Shown one piece after another: positions 8,483 through 17,358 of a DNA stretch of 64,000 nucleotides (positions within the stretch are counted from its first letter, which is position 1; each line of letters begins with the position of its first letter). The notes below the pieces were generated by a model. It saw only the letters and a list, made by a program, of their open reading frames with translations, was not told where the DNA came from and ran no database searches. Position numbers and translations under genes: made by a program. The stretch covers positions 104,747 through 168,746 of the forward strand of contig CANPVP010000002.1 in NCBI GenBank assembly GCA_947581825.1, given 5' to 3'. The DNA is from an uncultured Clostridia bacterium. GTDB lineage: Bacteria > Bacillota > Clostridia > TANB77 > CAG-508.

Positions 8483-9889
8483 GTGGAAGAATTTGTAAAC
8501 AAAAAAGTAGAGGAGTTTAAATCATATATTTATAATAGAAAAGTAGCAATAATAGGTTTAGGAGTGAGCAATGTTCCTTTAATAAAATTCTTATATGATT
8601 TAGGTGCAATTATTACTGTATTTGATAATAGACCAGTAGAAAATATGCCAGAAGAAATACTACAAATATTATCAACTTGTAATATAGATAAAGCATTTGG
8701 TCCAGGTAATTTAAATAATTTATCAGGATTTGATATCATATTTAGATCTCCAAGCTGTTTGCCAACAACAAGAGAATTGGTTGAGGAAGAAAAAAGAGGA
8801 GCTATTATAACAACCGAAGTTGAAATGTTTATGAAATTATGTCCAGGAACAATAATTGGAGTAACAGGAAGTGATGGAAAAACAACAACTACATCACTTA
8901 TATACGAAATATTAAAACAAAAAGGATATAATTGTTATATAGGCGGAAATATAGGAATTCCATTATTTACAAGAATAGAAGAAATGAGACCTGAAGATAT
9001 AGTGGTTTTGGAATTAAGTAGTTTTCAATTAATGGGAATGGGTGTTAGTCCTAATATTGCTATCATAACTAATATAACTCCAAATCATTTAAATATTCAT
9101 AGTTCATATGAAGAATACATAGATGCCAAAAAGAATATATATAAATACCAAAATGAAAACGATATTTTAATATTAAATTATGATAATGAAATTACCCGTG
9201 AATGTGGATTAGAAGCAAAAGGAAAAGTTGAATTTTTTAGTAGAAAAAATAAATTAGATAATGGATTTATTGTAGATGAAGGTATAATAAAAATATGTGA
9301 AGACAAAATAAGAAGACATATATTAAATACTAAATCAACAATGCTTAAAGGGGAACATAATTATGAAAATATATGTGCAGCATTATTAGCGACTAGAAAC
9401 TTTGTAGATATAGAATCTGCAGTAGAAACAGTAAAGAATTTTCCTGGAGTACCTCATAGATTAGAATTAGTAAGAAGATTAAATGGTGTTAGATGGTATA
9501 ATGATTCAATAGGTACATCTCCAGTAAGAACAATTGCAGGATTAAATGCTTTTCAAGAGGAGATAATATTAATAGCAGGAGGATATGACAAGAATTTAGA
9601 CTATACACCAATAGGAAGACCAATTCTAAATAAAACAAAAGGGGTAATACTTTTAGGACAGACAGCGGATAAGATTATAGAAGCAATAGAAAATGAATCA
9701 AAAATAAGAAATAAAACAGTAGATATTTATAAATGTAAAACTTTAGAGCAATGCGTTAAACTAGCAAAGAATATAGCAAAGCCTGGTCAAATTGTATTAT
9801 TTTCACCAGCAAGTGCAAGCTTTGATATGTTTAAGAACTTTGAGGAAAGAGGAAACAAATTTAAAGAACTTGTAAATGGATTAGAATAA
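8483..9889 (+). CDS. murD: UDP-N-acetylmuramoyl-L-alanine--D-glutamate ligase (canonical-looking MurD)
   Basis: N-terminal Rossmann IIGLGVSN, P-loop GVTGSDGKTTTTS, NHLNIH...YIDAKKNIYKY (carbamylated-Lys region), PHRLELV, C-terminal SPASASFDMFKNFEERG. GTG start with G-rich ribosome binding site. Confidence 0.8.
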   Translation: MEEFVNKKVEEFKSYIYNRKVAIIGLGVSNVPLIKFLYDLGAIITVFDNRPVENMPEEILQILSTCNIDKAFGPGNLNNLSGFDIIFRSPSCLPTTRELVEEEKRGAIITTEVEMFMKLCPGTIIGVTGSDGKTTTTSLIYEILKQKGYNCYIGGNIGIPLFTRIEEMRPEDIVVLELSSFQLMGMGVSPNIAIITNITPNHLNIHSSYEEYIDAKKNIYKYQNENDILILNYDNEITRECGLEAKGKVEFFSRKNKLDNGFIVDEGIIKICEDKIRRHILNTKSTMLKGEHNYENICAALLATRNFVDIESAVETVKNFPGVPHRLELVRRLNGVRWYNDSIGTSPVRTIAGLNAFQEEIILIAGGYDKNLDYTPIGRPILNKTKGVILLGQTADKIIEAIENESKIRNKTVDIYKCKTLEQCVKLAKNIAKPGQIVLFSPASASFDMFKNFEERGNKFKELVNGLE

Positions 9890-9918
9890 AGGGAAAATTA
9901 TAAATAGTTATTTTGATG

Positions 9919-9949
9919 GCAAGTGGTTTACTAATCACTTGCTTTTGTG
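9919..9949 (+). terminator. rho-independent terminator after murD (gcaagtg-loop-cacttgc-TTTTGTG)
   Basis: 7-bp stem plus T-run, 30 nt after the murD stop. Confidence 0.55.
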
Positions 9950-9989
9950 TTAGAATACAAACTAATAATATGATAGGAGAAAATAGATA

Positions 9990-10652
9990 ATGAAAACTAT
10001 ATTAGTTGTGGAAGATGATATGGATATTCACAATTTAATAAAAGAAGTGCTAGAACAAGAAAATTATAATGTTATAGATGCATATTCTGGAACAGAAGCA
10101 TTAATATTATTAAAAAATAAAAGAGTAGATTTGATATTATTAGATTTAATGCTTCCTGGATTAAATGGAGAAGAAATAGTAAAAGAAATAAAAAATATAC
10201 CAATTATAGTTATAAGTGCAAAAATATCTCAAGAAGACAAAATCAATGTATTATTAAATGGAGCAAATGATTATATTGTAAAACCCTTTGATAAAAATGA
10301 ATTATTAGCAAGAGTAAAAGTACAGTTAAGAATAAATGAGGGGAAAATAGATAATAAAGAAATCCAATTTAAAGATATGATTTTGAAAGAAGAGAATCAT
10401 GATATATATATTAAAGAGAAAAAAATACATCTAACTAAAACAGAGTATGCAATTTTAAAACAATTATTAATACATCAAAATCAAGTTATAACAAAAACTA
10501 AATTGTTAGAATTACTTAGTTATGACACTTTGGATTGTGATGAAAATTCTCTAAAAGTGCATATAAGTAATATAAGAAAAAAGATTAGAGAAATAACAGA
10601 AAAAGAATATATAGAGTCAGTATGGGGAATAGGCTTTAAGATTCATAAATAA
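9990..10652 (+). CDS. OmpR-family response regulator (REC + winged-helix)
   Basis: ILVVEDD...D52-type receiver and C-terminal trans_reg_C (VWGIGFKI). Sits upstream of the ABC ATPase, ABC-2 permease and histidine kinase of a Bce-like module. Confidence 0.85.
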   Translation: MKTILVVEDDMDIHNLIKEVLEQENYNVIDAYSGTEALILLKNKRVDLILLDLMLPGLNGEEIVKEIKNIPIIVISAKISQEDKINVLLNGANDYIVKPFDKNELLARVKVQLRINEGKIDNKEIQFKDMILKEENHDIYIKEKKIHLTKTEYAILKQLLIHQNQVITKTKLLELLSYDTLDCDENSLKVHISNIRKKIREITEKEYIESVWGIGFKIHK

Positions 10653-10685
10653 AATAGTAAAAATCTTTACTAAATTTTAACTATT

Positions 10686-10704
10686 TTCTTAACCGATTTC
10701 TTAA
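10686..10704 (+). promoter_or_regulatory. direct repeat TTCTTAA-N5-TTCTTAA (12-bp period) at the -35 region of the ABC operon promoter, a candidate response-regulator box
   Basis: Two exact TTTCTTAA octamers 12 bp apart, 40-55 nt upstream of the ABC ATPase start. OmpR-family regulators bind tandem direct repeats. Confidence 0.3.
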
Positions 10705-10741
10705 TTATTTAATTATAAAATAATATTGAAAGGAGGAGGTT

Positions 10742-11656
10742 ATGGAAAATATATTAGAAACTAAGCATATTGAGAAAAAATATAAGAAATTTAAAGCTTT
10801 AGATGGGATAAATATGCATGTTCCTAAAAAAGCAATATATGGGCTAGTTGGAAAAAATGGAGCGGGTAAAACGACTTTAATAAGAATTATTTGTGGTTTG
10901 CAAAAACCAACAAAGGGAACTTATACCATTTATAATACTGTTAATACAAGTAACCAAATAACAAAACAAAGAAAAAGAATAGGGGCAATAATAGAAGCTC
11001 CGTCAATTTGCTTAGATATGACAGCGGAAGATAATTTAAAAAAACAATGTAAAATTATAGGTATTCCTGATGAAGAAAATGTATATAAAATATTAAAGAC
11101 AGTTAATTTAGAAAATACTGGAAAGAAGAAAGCAAAGAACTTTTCGCTAGGAATGAAACAAAGACTAGGAATTGCTATAGCACTGGTAGGCAATCCAGAT
11201 TTTATAATATTAGATGAACCTATAAATGGTTTGGATCCAGCAGGAATAATAGAAGTAAGAGAATTAATTTTAAAATTAAATAAAGAAAATGGAATTACGT
11301 TTTTAATATCAAGTCATTATTTAGATGAATTATCTAAAATTGCTACTTGTTATGGCTTTATGAACAATGGAAAAATAGTAAAAGAAATTGATAAAGAAGA
11401 ATTAGAGAAAAGTCACAGAAAAAGAATAGAAATAAATGTTAATAATATAAAAGAATGCGTAAAATATTTAGAAGAAAATAAGATATCTTATCAAGTTATT
11501 TCAGATGAAGTAATAGATATATATGAAAAAGTAAATGTTTCAGAGATTGTAATAGCGCTTTCTAAAAGAGACTGTATTATTAATAGTTTTCAAGAAAAAT
11601 CTGAATCCCTAGAAAATTATTATTTAAATTTAATAGGAGGTGCAGATAATGTATAA
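10742..11656 (+). CDS. ABC transporter ATP-binding protein (BcrA/lantibiotic-immunity type)
   Basis: Walker A GKNGAGKTTL, signature FSLGMKQRLGIA, Walker B IILDEP. 304 aa with C-terminal extension. Confidence 0.85.
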   Translation: MENILETKHIEKKYKKFKALDGINMHVPKKAIYGLVGKNGAGKTTLIRIICGLQKPTKGTYTIYNTVNTSNQITKQRKRIGAIIEAPSICLDMTAEDNLKKQCKIIGIPDEENVYKILKTVNLENTGKKKAKNFSLGMKQRLGIAIALVGNPDFIILDEPINGLDPAGIIEVRELILKLNKENGITFLISSHYLDELSKIATCYGFMNNGKIVKEIDKEELEKSHRKRIEINVNNIKECVKYLEENKISYQVISDEVIDIYEKVNVSEIVIALSKRDCIINSFQEKSESLENYYLNLIGGADNV

Positions 11657-12513
11657 GTTATTAAAAGCAGGATTTTATAGATTAAGAAAAGAATTAGTTT
11701 TCAAACTGTTTATAGTTTCTTCGATTATAGTGGCTATATTTATTGCTAAAAAAGATTATAAAGCATGGGGACAAGTAGGAATAAATGAAGCAATAGTTGA
11801 GTTTATGATATATATAGGCTTTTTCATATCAATATTTGTGAGTATATTCGTAGGGAAAGAACATTCAGAAGGTATTATTAGAAATAAAATAATAGTACGG
11901 ACATAGTAGAACAGATATATATTTATCTAGAGTAATAATAAGTAGTATAGCATGCATGGCATGTGAGTTGATTTATGTAATTCTGGTAATATTAATGAGT
12001 TTTGTTATATTTGGAAATATACCACTTTCTGCAATATACTTTACTCCAAAAACTATATTATATATATTATTAATTATTATAGAATATTGTTCTATTTTTA
12101 ATTTTGTATCAATGATATGTTCAGAAATAACAGCTTCTATGATTATTAATATTTTATCTTTTTTTATAATATTTTCTATTGGAGCATATTTAGGAGGGAT
12201 TGCAAATAGTAGTAAATATATAAATGGAACATATACCGATGAAAATAATATTACTACTATTGTTAATCAAGAAATAAATCCCAATTATCCAGGAGATGAA
12301 AAAGTAAAAATGGCAAAAATAATTTGCCTATTTATTCCAGAAGAACAAGCAGGGAGCTTAATGGATGAAGCGAGTAGAGTTAAGTTGAATCAAATAGAAG
12401 ATTTAGAAATAAAAAATGAGTTTTTGAGATATACACCAATATGTGCGATAGTGCTAATTGGATTTGTAAATATTACAGGAGTATATGTATTTGGAAAAAA
12501 AGACCTAAAATAG
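11640..12513 (+). pseudogene. ABC-2 (lantibiotic-immunity MutE/EpiE-like) permease interrupted by a +1 frameshift at about 11896-11903 (ORFs 11640..11906 and 11956..12513)
   Basis: Frame A ends ...GIIRNKIIVRT*. Frame B is already open from 11896 as YGHSRTDIYLSRVIISSIACMACELIYV..., so a single extra base near gtacgga splits a contiguous permease of about 270 aa with 6 TM segments. Confidence 0.55.
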
Positions 12514-12523
12514 GAGGAAATTT

Positions 12524-13405
12524 GTGAACATTTACTTGGGAATAATATTTGTATTAATTATTATACTAACTATTATAAGTGCTAGGTTTTATTTAATAAA
12601 AAAATCAATAAAAGAAATAGAAGTATCTACAAGAGAAATATTAAAATCTGATACTAACAGTTTGATTACTATATCTACAGATAATAAAGAAGTAAAAGCA
12701 TTAGCAAAGGAGCTAAATATAGAGTTAAAAAATATAAGAGAGCAAAGACTTCAATATGAAAATGGAAATCAGGAATTAAAAAAAATAATAACTAACATTT
12801 CTCATGATATGAGAACCCCTTTAACTGCGATAAAAGGATATATAGATTTATTAAAAGAAGAAAATATAGAGGAAAAACAACAAGAATATTTGAGGATAAT
12901 AGAAAGAAAAACAGGAGATTTAGTGTTACTTACAGAGCAATTATTTGAGTTTTCAAAAATAATGGATACTGAAATAAAAATAGAAAAAGAAAATTGTTGT
13001 ATTAATGGAATGTTGGAAGATGCACTTACTAACTATTATACAATTTTCAAAGAGAAAAATATTATTCCAGATATAAATTTATGCGAAGAAAAAGTTTATA
13101 GAATGGTTGACAGAAATGCAATTAATAGGGTATTAGATAATATATTATCTAATATTAGCAAATATAGCAGTGGAGATTTAAAAGCGATTTTGGAAAAAAA
13201 TGGAAAGATAATCTTTTCCAATAAAGCAGAAGCTTTGGATGCAACAACAGTACAAAAAATATTTAATAGATATTTTACTGTAGAAAATGCAAAAAAATCT
13301 ACTGGAATAGGGTTAGCTATTGCTAAACAATTAGTAGAATTAAACGGGGGAAGTATAACAGCCCAATATGAAAACGGATATCTTATTATTGAGATAATAC
13401 TATGA
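12524..13405 (+). CDS. small intramembrane-sensing histidine kinase (BceS/SpaK-like)
   Basis: Short N-terminal TM, H-box ISHDMRTPLTAIKGYIDLL, G-box IGLAIAKQLVELNGGSI. 293 aa. Confidence 0.85.
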   Translation: MNIYLGIIFVLIIILTIISARFYLIKKSIKEIEVSTREILKSDTNSLITISTDNKEVKALAKELNIELKNIREQRLQYENGNQELKKIITNISHDMRTPLTAIKGYIDLLKEENIEEKQQEYLRIIERKTGDLVLLTEQLFEFSKIMDTEIKIEKENCCINGMLEDALTNYYTIFKEKNIIPDINLCEEKVYRMVDRNAINRVLDNILSNISKYSSGDLKAILEKNGKIIFSNKAEALDATTVQKIFNRYFTVENAKKSTGIGLAIAKQLVELNGGSITAQYENGYLIIEIIL

Positions 13406-13491
13406 AAGAAGTATAAGCAAAAACTAAAAAATATTTTATAGCATATTTTCTATCTTTAGATACTATAATAGGTTATTAAGGAGGTAGAAAT

Positions 13492-14091
13492 ATGTACAAT
13501 CAAAATTACGATGATTATTTTAAAAACTCATTAAATTATCCACCAGATATGTTTAATAATACATACGGAGTGGATAATTATTATTATCCAGATTACTTTA
13601 GTAGAAACGATTATATGATGAATGGATATAATAGAAATTATAATTATATGAGTAATGGGCAAATGAGAAATCAAAACAATGAAAATCTATATCCAGAAAT
13701 TTATAAAATAGTTTATCCTATGGTTGCAAAAATATGTAATGCAAATACAAAACCAATATGTGAAGAGTTAGTTAATGATATGACAGATACGATATACAAC
13801 AATATAGAATCAGAGGATTATTTTGAAAATGATACAAGAGAAACAGAATTGAAAAAAGGCGATGTAAGAAATCCAAATGCAAAACCAGTAGCAACAGAAG
13901 AAAGAGAAGATAGGAATAGAAGACCAAACCAATCATTAAGAGATTTAATAAAAATATTAATATTAAGAGAATTATTAGGAAATCCTGGCAGAAATCCAAT
14001 AAGACCAAGAACACCATATGGTCCAGGAATGCCAGGAACAAATATGCCACCTATGATGCCAAGAAACATATATCAAGATATATATTATTAG
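13492..14091 (+). CDS. hypothetical Tyr/Asn/Pro-rich protein (possibly spore-coat associated)
   Basis: Strong ribosome binding site AAGGAGG. Composition-biased N-terminus (NYDDYF...YYYPDYF...NRNYNYM) and C-terminus (PRTPYGPGMPGTNMPPMMPRNIYQDIYY). Confidence 0.4.
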   Translation: MYNQNYDDYFKNSLNYPPDMFNNTYGVDNYYYPDYFSRNDYMMNGYNRNYNYMSNGQMRNQNNENLYPEIYKIVYPMVAKICNANTKPICEELVNDMTDTIYNNIESEDYFENDTRETELKKGDVRNPNAKPVATEEREDRNRRPNQSLRDLIKILILRELLGNPGRNPIRPRTPYGPGMPGTNMPPMMPRNIYQDIYY

Positions 14092-14177
14092 AAACAGAAA
14101 CTGCCACAATGTATTATTATTTATAGTATAAAATACTAAAAAATGTAAATAATGTATGTTGAAAGGCAGGTTTTTTT

Positions 14178-14621
14178 ATGAATATTAAAGATTGTATGAA
14201 TACAAAAGTATGTTTTTGTACACCAAGTACTAAAATCAGTGATGTAGCTAAATTGATGAAAGATAATCATATTGGATGTGTGCCAGTATGTAATGATTCA
14301 AAAGAAATTGTTGGGTTAGTTACTGATAGGGACATTATTTTAAGAAGTGTTGCATGTGATAAAGATGCAAAAACTACACCTATAAGTGATATAATGACTT
14401 GTGATGTGTGTTGTTGTGATTGTAATAAAGATGTATCAGATGCTACACAATTAATGGCAGATTGGCAAGTAAGAAGGATACCAGTGGTAGAAAATAATAA
14501 AATCGTTGGTATTTTAACATTAGGTGACATAACAAATGATGAAACAATAAATAATAAACAAGTAGAACAAACAATGGGATGCATATGTGAGTGCGGTTGT
14601 GACGCGAAAAATGCAGAATAA
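14178..14621 (+). CDS. CBS-pair domain protein with Cys-rich insert and tail
   Basis: Two CBS repeats (HIGCVPV...VGLVTDRDI; RRIPVVENNKIVGILTLGDI) plus CDVCCCDC and CICECGCD cysteine clusters. Confidence 0.65.
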   Translation: MNIKDCMNTKVCFCTPSTKISDVAKLMKDNHIGCVPVCNDSKEIVGLVTDRDIILRSVACDKDAKTTPISDIMTCDVCCCDCNKDVSDATQLMADWQVRRIPVVENNKIVGILTLGDITNDETINNKQVEQTMGCICECGCDAKNAE

Positions 14622-14649
14622 TAAATAAGTAAAAAGAGGTGTATAAAAT

Positions 14650-15747
14650 ATGGTAATTAATTTAGCATATTGGGCAAAGGTTTTAAAAAGAGTATTAGCT
14701 TTATTATTATCTGTAGTTGGAATTTTTGTTGCAATAAAATTATCTATATTTTATATGCCTTTTTTAATTGCATTAATAATTGCATTAATATTAGAGCCAA
14801 TCATTAAATTCTTCATGAGAAATACACCATTAAATAGAAAAACTAGTTCAATTATTGTTCTAATAATATTTTTTGGATTAATAATTGGGGTATGTACATG
14901 GGGGATTACTCAGGTTGTTGCAGAATCTAATAATTTATTAAATGGATTGAATGAATATGTAGAACAAGCATATAATATGTGGACAGAATTCATACAAAAA
15001 ATAGATTTTAGCAGAATAAAAATTTCTGATGAGGTAAAGAAAACAGTAGAAGATACTTTTATGAACTTCTTAGGAAAAGGTTCTAATGCTATAAAAAATG
15101 TGCTAAATAAAGTGTTAAGTATTCTAACATCAATACCAACAATATTAATATATTCAATAATTACTTTGCTATCATTGTATTTTATAACAACTGACAAAGT
15201 TTATATAATAGACCAAATGGAACATCACTTGCCAAGAAAATGGGTAAATAATATATATGTACACTTGCGTGAAATTTTAGCAGTTCTTGGGGGGTATCTG
15301 AAGGCTCAAATAATTCTGATAATGATTTCTTTTTTTATAGTCCTAATAGGTTTATTTATTTTGCAAATAATGGGATATAATATAGAATATCCATTATTAG
15401 CTGCAATAGGAATTGGATTTGTAGATGCGCTTCCTATTTTAGGAACCGGTACAGTTATGATACCATGGATTATTATATCTTTTTTAAACAATGATAGTAA
15501 ATTGGCAATAGCTTTGTTGATATTGTATGTAATAATTGTAATTGTAAGACAATTATTAGAGCCAAAGATAGTAGGAAAGCATATAGGAATACATCCAATA
15601 TTTACGCTTATTGCTATGTACACAGGCTTTAAATTTATGGGAGTATTGGGAATGTTTATAGGACCAATATTACTTATAATACTTAATAATATATATGGAA
15701 CTTTGCTAGAGCAGGGAGTAGTAAAAACTATTTTAGATAGAAAATAA
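14650..15747 (+). CDS. AI-2E (UPF0118/PerM) family transporter, YtvI-like sporulation membrane protein
   Basis: 365 aa, 8 TM, conserved GxxxGP region (FMGVLGMFIGPILLII). Confidence 0.7.
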   Translation: MVINLAYWAKVLKRVLALLLSVVGIFVAIKLSIFYMPFLIALIIALILEPIIKFFMRNTPLNRKTSSIIVLIIFFGLIIGVCTWGITQVVAESNNLLNGLNEYVEQAYNMWTEFIQKIDFSRIKISDEVKKTVEDTFMNFLGKGSNAIKNVLNKVLSILTSIPTILIYSIITLLSLYFITTDKVYIIDQMEHHLPRKWVNNIYVHLREILAVLGGYLKAQIILIMISFFIVLIGLFILQIMGYNIEYPLLAAIGIGFVDALPILGTGTVMIPWIIISFLNNDSKLAIALLILYVIIVIVRQLLEPKIVGKHIGIHPIFTLIAMYTGFKFMGVLGMFIGPILLIILNNIYGTLLEQGVVKTILDRK

Positions 15748-15749
15748 AA

Positions 15750-15790
15750 AAAGCAACCATTAAATTTTTAATGGCTGCTTTTTTGCTTTT
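15750..15790. terminator. bidirectional terminator between the AI-2E gene and the convergent SPFH gene
   Basis: aaagcaaccatt-loop-aatggctgcttttttgctttt. Confidence 0.55.
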
Positions 15791-16754
15791 ATTCATTATT
15801 ATTATTGCTATTGTTATTGTTTTCTTTTTTTAGTTCTTTATGCATTTTTCTTTTTCTAGAATCATCTTTCATTACATCTTTAATTGCACCTAAACTTCCT
15901 AAAGCAGCTGTTGCTTCAAAAGGAATAAATACTTTATTAGCTTCACCGTTTGCAACTTTTTCAAGAGCTTCTAAAGATTTTAATTGAACTAATTTGTCAT
16001 CTGGATTTGCTTTGCTAATTGCAGAATAAACCATTTCGATTTCTTTAGCCTTAGCTTCAGCAACATTTTTAATTGCGGCTGCTTCACCGGCTGCAATTCT
16101 GATTTTTGTTTCTTTATCAGCCTCAGCTTGAAGAATAGCAGCTTCTTTTCTACCTTCAGCAATAGTAATAGCAGATTGCTTTTCACCTTCAGCTTGTAGG
16201 ATAAGAGCTCTTTTATTTCTTTCTGCATTCATTTGTTTCTCCATTGCATCACGTATATCTGCTGGAGGAGTAATGTCTTTTATTTCAACTCTATCAATTT
16301 TACAACCCCATTGGTCAGTAGCTTCATCTAGTATTGCTCTTAATTGTTCATTAATTGTATCTCTTGAACTAAATGTTTGATCTAAGTCCATTTTACCAAC
16401 TATATCACGTATAGTAGTTATAGCTAAATATTCAATACCTTTCTTTAAAGATTGAATTTCATAAACAGCTTTGGCTGGATCAGTAATTTTGTAGAAAACG
16501 ACAGTATCTATAGTAATTGTAACGTTATCTTTAGTGATAACTCCTTGTGGTGGAATATCCATAGTTTGTTGTTTTAAACTTACAACTGAACGAACTTGAT
16601 CTAAAAATGGAATTATAATTGTAAGTCCAGCTTCAGCTATTTTACTAAATTTACCAAGTCTTTCTATGATATATACTTCAGATTGTTTAACAACCTTAAT
16701 TGAATATGCTGCAATTATAAGTATGATTACGAATAAAATTATTAAAAATGGCAT
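15789..16754 (-). CDS. SPFH/band-7 (stomatin-like) protein
   Basis: N-terminal TM, PHB domain (IPPQGVITKDNVTITIDTVVFYKI), Ala/Glu-rich coiled coil. Follows nfeD in an operon. Confidence 0.85.
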   Translation of the reverse strand: MPFLIILFVIILIIAAYSIKVVKQSEVYIIERLGKFSKIAEAGLTIIIPFLDQVRSVVSLKQQTMDIPPQGVITKDNVTITIDTVVFYKITDPAKAVYEIQSLKKGIEYLAITTIRDIVGKMDLDQTFSSRDTINEQLRAILDEATDQWGCKIDRVEIKDITPPADIRDAMEKQMNAERNKRALILQAEGEKQSAITIAEGRKEAAILQAEADKETKIRIAAGEAAAIKNVAEAKAKEIEMVYSAISKANPDDKLVQLKSLEALEKVANGEANKVFIPFEATAALGSLGAIKDVMKDDSRKRKMHKELKKENNNNSNNNNE

Positions 16755-16778
16755 AATTAAAACCTCCTAAAAATTTTT

Positions 16779-17198
16779 TTATTTAATGATAGCTTTAACA
16801 CCATCAATTGCGACTATTTCTACTTCTGAACCTTTTTCATATGTATTTCCTTCTTCGCTTATAGCAGACCAAATTTCACCATTAACTCTTACTTGACCTG
16901 ACTCGCTTGAAGAATCAATATTTTTGGTTACAATAGCCTTTTTTCCAATTATAGAATATGCATTAGTTTTTACTGTAGTCTCTTTTTTGGTTAATTTTTC
17001 TACTAATGGTCTAGTTAGAATTATAAGTGCTGTTGATGAAATAATGAAGATAGCTGTTTGAGCAACTATGCTATCTGTAAAGAAACTTGCAACCATTGCA
17101 AAGAGTGAACCAATAGCAAACCAAAATACAAGAAAACCAATAGTTATTATTTCAAGTATTATAAAAAATCCAGACATTAAAACCCAAATTTTCCACAT
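16779..17198 (-). CDS. NfeD-family membrane protein (short form), partner of the SPFH gene
   Basis: Two N-terminal TM helices plus a C-terminal OB-like beta domain. Stop is 25 nt before the SPFH start. Confidence 0.75.
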   Translation of the reverse strand: MWKIWVLMSGFFIILEIITIGFLVFWFAIGSLFAMVASFFTDSIVAQTAIFIISSTALIILTRPLVEKLTKKETTVKTNAYSIIGKKAIVTKNIDSSSESGQVRVNGEIWSAISEEGNTYEKGSEVEIVAIDGVKAIIK

Positions 17199-17358
17199 AT
17201 TAGAATTCCTCCTTAAATTTCATACATTTATATTATACTATAGAAATTGCTATTTTTAAAGAGTTTTAGACAAATTTAGTTAAAAAATTTACTTTTTCTA
17301 TTCCAATAATTTTTTATTTATGATATATTGAAAATAATTTTGAAAAGGGAGAAAAAAT

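Noticed and set aside
9946-9961. Exact 16-mer TGTGTTAGAATACAAA shared by the murD-RR spacer (9946..9961) and the glmU promoter (61432..61447), both preceded by TTGCTTTTT..GTGTT
   Set aside because: It is best explained as two copies of a similar TG-extended -10 promoter (TTGCTT-N17-TAGAAT at glmU; truncated spacer at the response-regulator gene) rather than a mobile or repeat element. It is too short to call a repeat family.
15789-15832. ATT/GTT repeats at the 3' end of the SPFH gene (poly-Asn/Ser tail NNNSNNNNE)
   Set aside because: It is a low-complexity coding tail of a conserved gene; trinucleotide slippage is common in AT-rich genomes and not a separate feature.
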